Assembly: GCA_021156325.1 (NCBI GenBank)
Contig: JAJNDI010000002.1
Span: 4,757 to 68,756 of the forward strand
Reading direction: 5' to 3'
Source: Gammaproteobacteria bacterium
GTDB lineage: Bacteria; Pseudomonadota; Gammaproteobacteria; JAJFKG01
Length of the DNA stretch: 64,000 nt
Position numbers and translations under genes: made by a program. Shown one piece after another: positions 57,864-64,000 of this stretch. Each line of letters opens with the position of its first letter. The first letter of the stretch is position 1. The notes below the pieces were generated by a model. It searched no databases, was not told the origin of the DNA, and was given only the letters and a program-made list of their open reading frames with translations.

Positions 57864-59270
57864 TTGTCGACAGAAATTATCGCCGCCAAGGCAGGCAGCA
57901 AAACAGCCGGCGTTAAAATCCCGCCGCATTCCATTGAAGCGGAACAATCATTGATCGGCGGGATCTTGCTCGATACCACGGCATGGGATCGGGTCAACGG
58001 CCGTATTTATGCTGCCGATTTTTACCGTGCTGATCACCGTCTTATCTTTCAAGCCATCGATGAATTAGTCTCTAAAAATAAGCCCGTTGATGTATTAACC
58101 GTTGCTGATTTGTTAAAGGGAAGACAAGCGTTGGAAAATGCTGGCGGCGAAGTGTATTTATTTGAATTGGTGAAAAATACCCCCACGGCAGCTAATATTG
58201 TGGCTTATGCTGATATTGTTCGTGAACGTTCTGTATTGCGCCGTCTTATCAGCGCTGCCGGCAGTATTGCCGATGATGCGTTTAGTCCTAATGGACGTGA
58301 AACGCGCGATATTGTAGACGAAGCCGAGCGTCGTATCTTTGAGATAGCCGAAAAAGATTCTGCCACTGAAGGCCCGGTTGCTTTACCAACATGGTTAGGT
58401 CAAGCCATGGAGCGTATCGATACTTTATATCGTACGGGCGGTGCCATTACGGGGACTGCTACGGGGTTTAAAGATCTCGATCAATTAACCACGGGTTTGC
58501 AAGCTTCTGATTTAATCATCATTGCGGGGCGGCCTTCCATGGGTAAAACGATGCTCGGCGTTAATATTGCGGAACAAGTTGCTTTGCAAAATTTACAGCA
58601 GGAACAGAAAAAACCTGTTTTGATCTTTAGCCTTGAAATGCCGGGCGATGCCATCGCGATGCGCATGCTTTCTTCGCTAGGCAGGATAAATCATCACAAA
58701 TTACGCACAGGGGATTTAAGTGATGAAGATTGGTCGCGAATAGGATCTAATCTGACATTATTATCAGAAACGCAAACCTATATTGATGACACACCGGGGT
58801 TAACGCCTACTGAAGTGAGATCACGGGCACGCCGTTTAGCCCGTGAACACGGACAATTAGGTTTAGTCTTGGTGGATTATTTGCAATTAATGCATGTTCC
58901 CGGTTTTAGGGAAAACCGCAATCTTGAGATTTCAGAAATTTCGCGCGCCTTGAAATCATTGGCTAAAGAATTAAAAGTCCCTGTTATTGCTTTATCGCAG
59001 TTAAACCGCTCGCTTGAGCAGCGCAGTGATAAACGTCCTGTCATGTCTGATTTGCGTGAATCAGGCGCTATTGAACAAGATGCTGATTTGATCGCCTTTA
59101 TTTATCGAGATGAAGTCTATGATGAAAATTCTCCTGATAAAGGGATCGCTGAAATCATTATCGGTAAGCATCGTAATGGCCCGATTGGAAAAATCCGTTT
59201 GGCTTTTTTAGGGCAATATATGCGTTTTGATAATTTATCGTATGAGCCTTATCGAGAGCCGCATTCGTGA
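57864..59270 (+). CDS. dnaB: Replicative DNA helicase
   Basis: PPHSIEAEQSLIGGILL N-domain, Walker A GRPSMGKT. No intein. Confidence 0.95.
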   Translation: MSTEIIAAKAGSKTAGVKIPPHSIEAEQSLIGGILLDTTAWDRVNGRIYAADFYRADHRLIFQAIDELVSKNKPVDVLTVADLLKGRQALENAGGEVYLFELVKNTPTAANIVAYADIVRERSVLRRLISAAGSIADDAFSPNGRETRDIVDEAERRIFEIAEKDSATEGPVALPTWLGQAMERIDTLYRTGGAITGTATGFKDLDQLTTGLQASDLIIIAGRPSMGKTMLGVNIAEQVALQNLQQEQKKPVLIFSLEMPGDAIAMRMLSSLGRINHHKLRTGDLSDEDWSRIGSNLTLLSETQTYIDDTPGLTPTEVRSRARRLAREHGQLGLVLVDYLQLMHVPGFRENRNLEISEISRALKSLAKELKVPVIALSQLNRSLEQRSDKRPVMSDLRESGAIEQDADLIAFIYRDEVYDENSPDKGIAEIIIGKHRNGPIGKIRLAFLGQYMRFDNLSYEPYREPHS

Positions 59271-60367
59271 TTAAGCAAGCCTATATGGAGTTGAGCGCCA
59301 AGGCGCTGCTGCACAATGTCAATATTGTCAAACAACACGCTAAAGGCTCGCGGATCATTGCGATGTTAAAAGCTGACGCATATGGTCATGGCTTGCTGCC
59401 CATCGCAAATATTTTAAAAGAAAACCATTGCGTTGATATTATTGGCGTTGCGCGTCTTGAAGAAGCCTTAAGTTTACGAGAAGCGCAGATTGATATTCCC
59501 CTATTGGTTTTTCAGGGCGCTTTTGAGGCTGATGATTTTATCATTGCTGCCCAGCAAAACATTCAATTAATCATTCATTCTGCATGGCAAATCGATATCC
59601 TGGAAAAAACACACCTTCCAAACCCCATTTTTTTATGGCTTAAAGTCAATACAGGCATGAACCGTTTAGGCCTAAGGCCCGAAGAGGCGCCTCACGCCTG
59701 GCAGCGTTTGATCGAGTGTAGGCAGGTTGCAAAACCCTTACGCTGCATGACCCATTTTGCGAATGCCAATGCAGGGGATCACAAAAAGACAGAAGAGCAG
59801 TTAAATACCTTTAGGGAGATGATTGCCCATTTTGATAATCAAGGCGAGCCGATTGAATGCAGTCTTGCGAAATCAGCAGCTATCTTGCATTCACCGGATA
59901 CGCATCAGGATTGGGTGCGCCCCGGGATGATGTTATACGGCGCTTCACCTGTGGATGGGACTACCGCCCCGAATTATCATCTTCAACCGGTAATGACGTT
60001 ACGCACCGTATTAATGGCCATTCAAGACTGCGATGCTGGTGAAACCATTGGTTATGATGGAACATGGCGCTGCCCTGAAGCCACGCGTGTGGGGATTGTG
60101 GCTTTTGGTTATGGGGATGGTTATCCGCGTCATGTGCCAAACGGCACACCGGTATTGGTTAATGGTAAACGAGTACCCTTAATTGGACGTGTGTCGATGG
60201 ATATGATAGCGGTCGATTTACGAACTCAGCCTGAAGCTCAAATCGGATCACCTGTCGTATTATGGGGTGAAGGCTTATCAGCCGAAGAAATTGCCAAGTT
60301 TGCCAATACCACAGCATATGAATTATTTTGCCAGGTCACGCCGCGTGTTAAGCGGGTTGTTGTGTAA
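59267..60367 (+). CDS. alr: Alanine racemase
   Basis: AMLKADAYGHG PLP-lysine motif. The GTG start overlaps the dnaB stop. Confidence 0.9.
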   Translation: MIKQAYMELSAKALLHNVNIVKQHAKGSRIIAMLKADAYGHGLLPIANILKENHCVDIIGVARLEEALSLREAQIDIPLLVFQGAFEADDFIIAAQQNIQLIIHSAWQIDILEKTHLPNPIFLWLKVNTGMNRLGLRPEEAPHAWQRLIECRQVAKPLRCMTHFANANAGDHKKTEEQLNTFREMIAHFDNQGEPIECSLAKSAAILHSPDTHQDWVRPGMMLYGASPVDGTTAPNYHLQPVMTLRTVLMAIQDCDAGETIGYDGTWRCPEATRVGIVAFGYGDGYPRHVPNGTPVLVNGKRVPLIGRVSMDMIAVDLRTQPEAQIGSPVVLWGEGLSAEEIAKFANTTAYELFCQVTPRVKRVVV

Positions 60368-60420
60368 AAAAACAAAACTCACTGGTAATACAGTGTAAAG
60401 TTAATTATTGTGCATGTTCA

Positions 60421-60588
60421 TGCTCCCTCTCCCGCGCTGCTGACGCAGCTTTCCCTCTCCCGCTTGCGGGAGAGGGAAAAAAAACCTTATTTTACAGTAT
60501 TAAATCCCCTCTCCCACGTTAGTGGGAGAGGGCAAGCCTGCTGTAGCTTTAGCGAAAGCGGGCGCGGGAGAGGGAAGCGCGCAGCAGT
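60421..60588. repeat. REP/BIME-like composite element, locus 5 (two units in inverted orientation)
   Basis: Half-site CCCTCTCCCGCG, spacer hairpin, CCCTCTCCCGCTTGCGGGAGAGGG, an A-rich linker, CCCTCTCCCACGTTAGTGGGAGAGGG, a spacer, then GCGGGAGAGGG and the tail GCGCGCAGCAG. Confidence 0.8.
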
Positions 60589-60633
60589 GAGAATTTTACT
60601 TCTTAATTGAAATCTCGCCTTTTCAACCAGATG

Positions 60634-61389
60634 TTAAACAGCTTGAACGCCGTTATCGTATTGGTTTAAATGAAAGCGGGTAATGACAGTTTGAATATCC
60701 CGTATATAAGCGTCTTTGCGGGTAGAGTATTGGGTTAATCCTTTTGCCAATTGTACGCCGGAGAGGGTGTTGTTTTGTTCGCGGGCGTGAGATCGAATGA
60801 GCCGCAGCGGAATATAAGCTTCGTTGACATTCAAATTGTAGTAATAGCTGGTAAGGGCAGTGTTCATATTTTCAAATACGCGTAATTCATAGGTTTGACC
60901 TGCTGGACGTGCTAGAGGAACTAACCCGCAGCCTTCGCTGAAACACCATTGTCCAAAATAATTATTCCCTTCTTTAGCAAAGCGTGAACGCCCCCAGCCA
61001 GATTCGGTAATGGCTTGGGCTAACACCAGAGAAGGGGGTAATACATCAACCCGTCTTAATAAAATGGTCCAATTGTCTGTTTGCGTAAAATCAGAATTGA
61101 CGTGATAGCGCTGTGCTAAATGCGTTAGCCATTGTTGTTCACGTACGGAAAGCGGTTTTTTCGCCTCAAATTTGGCATGCAGGATTTTAAGCTGAGACCG
61201 TTCTTTAATGACTTTATCGTTAGCAGCTGTGATCATTGGCAAAAGTGTATTGATGAAGCGTTGGTTTTCGGTGGATAAGGGGGCAGAACGGATAACAGTC
61301 GTGGGTTGTGCGCTCACGGCAAAAAAGCAAAAAGACAATGAAACAAGCATCAATATGCGTTTGATCATATGTTGTTTAGAGTAAAACAC
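60634..61389 (-). CDS. Bax-like glucosaminidase-domain protein
   Basis: AQAITESGWGRSRFAKEGNNYFGQ matches the mannosyl-glycoprotein endo-beta-N-acetylglucosaminidase motif. Signal peptide present. Confidence 0.7.
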   Translation of the reverse strand: MFYSKQHMIKRILMLVSLSFCFFAVSAQPTTVIRSAPLSTENQRFINTLLPMITAANDKVIKERSQLKILHAKFEAKKPLSVREQQWLTHLAQRYHVNSDFTQTDNWTILLRRVDVLPPSLVLAQAITESGWGRSRFAKEGNNYFGQWCFSEGCGLVPLARPAGQTYELRVFENMNTALTSYYYNLNVNEAYIPLRLIRSHAREQNNTLSGVQLAKGLTQYSTRKDAYIRDIQTVITRFHLNQYDNGVQAV

Positions 61390-61474
61390 AATGCTTTTCC
61401 CCTTGCCTTAAAGAACCCTATTATACGGGATTTAGCTCGAGGAGTCAATCTGTAAGTGGTTGATTGCGCAGCGA

Positions 61475-61843
61475 TTACGCCTTTATTTTCTCTTTCGTAA
61501 CCAATTTTTCTTTAATCCGGGCTGCTTTACCAGCACGATCACGCAAGAAATATAATTTGGCACGACGCACTTGTCCACGGCGGACTACGGTGATGGAATC
61601 TACCAAAGGACTGTATGTTTGGAAAACCCGTTCTACGCCTTCACCATGTGACATTTTGCGTACGGTAAAAGAAGAATTTAAACCGCGGTTACGTTTGGCG
61701 ATGACAACGCCTTCGAAAGCTTGCAATCGTTGACGATCGCCTTCTTTGACTTTGACTTGTACTACCACAGTATCGCCTGCGCCAAAATCAGGAACCTCTT
61801 TGTTCATTAATTCTTGTTCTATTGCTTCGATGAAATTAACCAT
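61475..61843 (-). CDS. rplS: 50S ribosomal protein L19
   Basis: Canonical L19 sequence (GDTVVV.VKV.EG.R.R.Q.FEGVVIA). Confidence 0.95.
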   Translation of the reverse strand: MVNFIEAIEQELMNKEVPDFGAGDTVVVQVKVKEGDRQRLQAFEGVVIAKRNRGLNSSFTVRKMSHGEGVERVFQTYSPLVDSITVVRRGQVRRAKLYFLRDRAGKAARIKEKLVTKEKIKA

Positions 61844-61866
61844 AACCTGTACTCCTAATTAACCCT

Positions 61867-62628
61867 TTAACGAGAACCTTTATCAGCGTTCTTATATGCT
61901 GCTTTAAAAGCCTGCAGCAAGGCGTTTTCTTGCGGCGTTAAATCTATTGTTGCCAATAAATCCGGACGGTGTAGCCATGTTTGTCCCAGCGCTTGTTGAC
62001 GCCGCCATTCGTTAATCATTTTATGATCGCCGCTTAATAATACTTCTGGCACAGGGCGGTTTTCATAGACCGCCGGGCGCGTATAATGCGGGTACTCTAA
62101 AACCCCCTGCGTAAACGATTCTTCCGAGGTCGAATCGGGATCTCCCAAGCTGCCTGGCAGCAAACGCGTGATGGCATCGATCATCACCATCACGGCTAAT
62201 TCCCCGCCGCTTAAAACATAATCCCCTATCGACCACACTTCGTCAACATGGGATTCAATAAAGCGTTCATCAACGCCTTCATAACGTCCTGCTACCAGGA
62301 TCAACGCTTCAGAAGCCGCTAAATTCTGTATTGCTGCTTGCGTTAAGCAGCGCCCTTTGGGTGATACATAGATCACCTTGGCAGAACATTTTTCCCCTAA
62401 CTCTGCTTTGGCCCGTTTAACACTGTCTGCTAACGGAGGGGCTTGCATTACCATTCCAGGGCCGCCGCCATATGGTCTGTCATCTACCGTGCGATGTACG
62501 TTATGTACTTCATCACGCGGGTTAAAACAGGCTACTTTAATAATGCCTGCTTGCATCGCCCGCCCTGTGATACCGTGTTTTAAAGCATCCAGCATTTCAG
62601 GGAGTAGCGTCACAACGCCAAATTGCAT
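61867..62628 (-). CDS. trmD: tRNA (guanine37-N1)-methyltransferase
   Basis: [12 protein letters not shown] start and RYEGVDERF motif. Confidence 0.93.
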   Translation of the reverse strand: MQFGVVTLLPEMLDALKHGITGRAMQAGIIKVACFNPRDEVHNVHRTVDDRPYGGGPGMVMQAPPLADSVKRAKAELGEKCSAKVIYVSPKGRCLTQAAIQNLAASEALILVAGRYEGVDERFIESHVDEVWSIGDYVLSGGELAVMVMIDAITRLLPGSLGDPDSTSEESFTQGVLEYPHYTRPAVYENRPVPEVLLSGDHKMINEWRRQQALGQTWLHRPDLLATIDLTPQENALLQAFKAAYKNADKGSR

Positions 62629-62630
62629 TG

Positions 62631-63170
62631 TCACAGTTCGCGATCCCAATTAACCTGCATGCGTTGTTCGTCAAGGTCAATATGCAGAATAACATCGGAA
62701 AGATAAGGTACCCATTGTTCTTTCCCGCTATCCTTATTACGTATCACCAGGATGTCATTAGCACCGGTGTTGATTAGATCAACAATGGTACCGAGTTCTT
62801 CTGCTTGCGTATTTTCAACCGTCAAGCCAATCAATTCATGCCAATATAATTCATCGGGCCCGCGCGGGTTAAGCGCTTCTTTTTTTATGCCTACCAGCGC
62901 ATTCACATACCGGTTAGCTTTGTCACAATGATCGCAATCTGCTAATCGTATGATCCAACCTTTACCATGCGCTTTGTGAGCAGCCACTTCACAGGGTTGC
63001 CATTGTCCTTTTAAACCCAGGTACCACGGGGCATAGGTAAAAATATTTTCACCAGGATGGGTATAAGACATCAAGCGCATCCAGCCTTGCAAACCGTAGA
63101 CTCTCCCCAGCTTACCGACAGTCAGGATCTCGGTTGTATCAGGCAATTGCCCTATGCTGCTACCCATCAC
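62631..63170 (-). CDS. rimM: Ribosome maturation factor RimM
   Basis: RimM/PRC-barrel pattern. It lies in the rpsP-rimM-trmD-rplS operon. Confidence 0.9.
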   Translation of the reverse strand: MMGSSIGQLPDTTEILTVGKLGRVYGLQGWMRLMSYTHPGENIFTYAPWYLGLKGQWQPCEVAAHKAHGKGWIIRLADCDHCDKANRYVNALVGIKKEALNPRGPDELYWHELIGLTVENTQAEELGTIVDLINTGANDILVIRNKDSGKEQWVPYLSDVILHIDLDEQRMQVNWDREL

Positions 63171-63175
63171 TACAC

Positions 63176-63445
63176 TTAAGCTGCTTCAGCTGCCGTCTGG
63201 CCTTGTTTTTTCCAGTCTTTCAATAAGCTGTCGACTCGATCACTTGGCTGAGCGCCTTGAGAGAGCCAATATTCAACACGGTCTGTTTTTAAACAAAGCG
63301 GGATTTCTTTACCCGCTGCAATCGGGTTGAAATACCCCAGACGTTCGATATAGCGGCCATCGCGCGGCATACGCCTGTCAGCGACAACCACATGATAAAA
63401 GGGCCGTTTATTAGTGCCTGTACGGGATAAACGAATAACTACCAT
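63176..63445 (-). CDS. rpsP: 30S ribosomal protein S16
   Basis: [23 protein letters not shown] canonical start. Confidence 0.95.
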   Translation of the reverse strand: MVVIRLSRTGTNKRPFYHVVVADRRMPRDGRYIERLGYFNPIAAGKEIPLCLKTDRVEYWLSQGAQPSDRVDSLLKDWKKQGQTAAEAA

Positions 63446-63546
63446 CGTATTCTATTCCTCTTGATTCGCGCAAAATACCTTGCAAAAGGGCTGCATTCTA
63501 GCCCGTTCCGAGGCAGGGTGCAATAGGGGTATTAATTAGGAGGAGA

Positions 63547-64000
63547 TTATGTCAGCCCCGGGGGTAATTTGCTGCCAAAGCCTGAGACTAAATCTTGCAT
63601 TCCACCGCCGCCGCGGCCAAAGCGTTTCATCATTTTTTGCATTTGCTTGAATTGTTTTAACAAGCGATTAACTTCTTGTATATCCGTGCCTGATCCAACG
63701 CTTATGCGGCGCCGGCGTGAAGGGTTGATGATCTCGGGATCTTGCCGCTCAACTTTAGTCATAGAGTTAATAATGGCTTCCATTTTTTTCATCTGCCCTT
63801 CACCCAATTGATTTTGAGCCATGTTAGACATTTGTCCCATGCCGGGCATTTTGCTTAAGAGACTCGTTAACCCGCCCATTTTACGTAATTGCTGTAATTG
63901 ATCCCGGAAATCTTCCAGATTAAAACGCTGTCCCTTTTTAATCTTCTTCGCGAGTTTTTCAGCTTTTTTCTCATCGATGTGGCGTTCTGCGCTTTCAACA
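63547..64000 (-). CDS. ffh: Signal recognition particle protein Ffh, C-terminal part (5' end outside window)
   Basis: Met-rich M domain (MGGLTSLLSKMPGMGQM). The frame stays open to the window edge and reads ...FNLEDFRDQLQQLRKMGG. Confidence 0.9.
   Translation of the reverse strand, partial: VESAERHIDEKKAEKLAKKIKKGQRFNLEDFRDQLQQLRKMGGLTSLLSKMPGMGQMSNMAQNQLGEGQMKKMEAIINSMTKVERQDPEIINPSRRRRISVGSGTDIQEVNRLLKQFKQMQKMMKRFGRGGGGMQDLVSGFGSKLPPGLT

Overview
This window is chromosomal DNA from a moderately AT-rich gammaproteobacterium. The backbone is ordinary and keeps classic housekeeping synteny: yggX-mutY, asmA-family, trmB, mltB-rodA-mrdA, rlmH-rsfS-nadD-holA-lptE-leuS, lnt-corC-ybeY-phoH-miaB, an emrAB-like pump, tsaD, plsY, a dsbA-like gene, orn, nnr-tsaE-amiB-mutL-miaA-hfq-hflX-hflK-hflC-purA-rnr-rlmB, rpsF-rpsR-rplI-dnaB-alr, and rplS-trmD-rimM-rpsP-ffh. 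There are three tRNAs: Phe-GAA, Gly-CCC and Leu-CAG. A kinase-OTU fusion, a Sel1-repeat protein, a large orphan membrane protein and csrA paralogues suggest a Legionellales-type intracellular organism, but that is inference only. The accessory part is nt 1-6917, which ends at the 3' end of tRNA-Phe. It holds the partial kinase-OTU gene, a 2.5-kb cassette (tyrosine recombinase plus an SSB-like OB-fold gene), two csrA paralogues, two AlpA/excisionase-like HTH genes and an intact integrase. No conjugation genes are present. The most unusual signal is a pair of complete hammerhead ribozyme motifs, at 994-1060 on the + strand and 3442-3511 on the - strand. They point inward and bracket the recombinase/OB-fold cassette, and their stems co-vary between the two copies. 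A perfect 27-bp palindrome lies between the two convergent genes, and the 625-nt ORF-free leader carries iteron-like repeats. I cannot place this arrangement in a described system. Other points are a five-locus REP/BIME-like palindromic repeat family, orphan genes that interrupt two conserved operons, a degenerate GGDEF protein, and a few orphan terminators. No CRISPR array, rRNA or recognisable defence system was seen.
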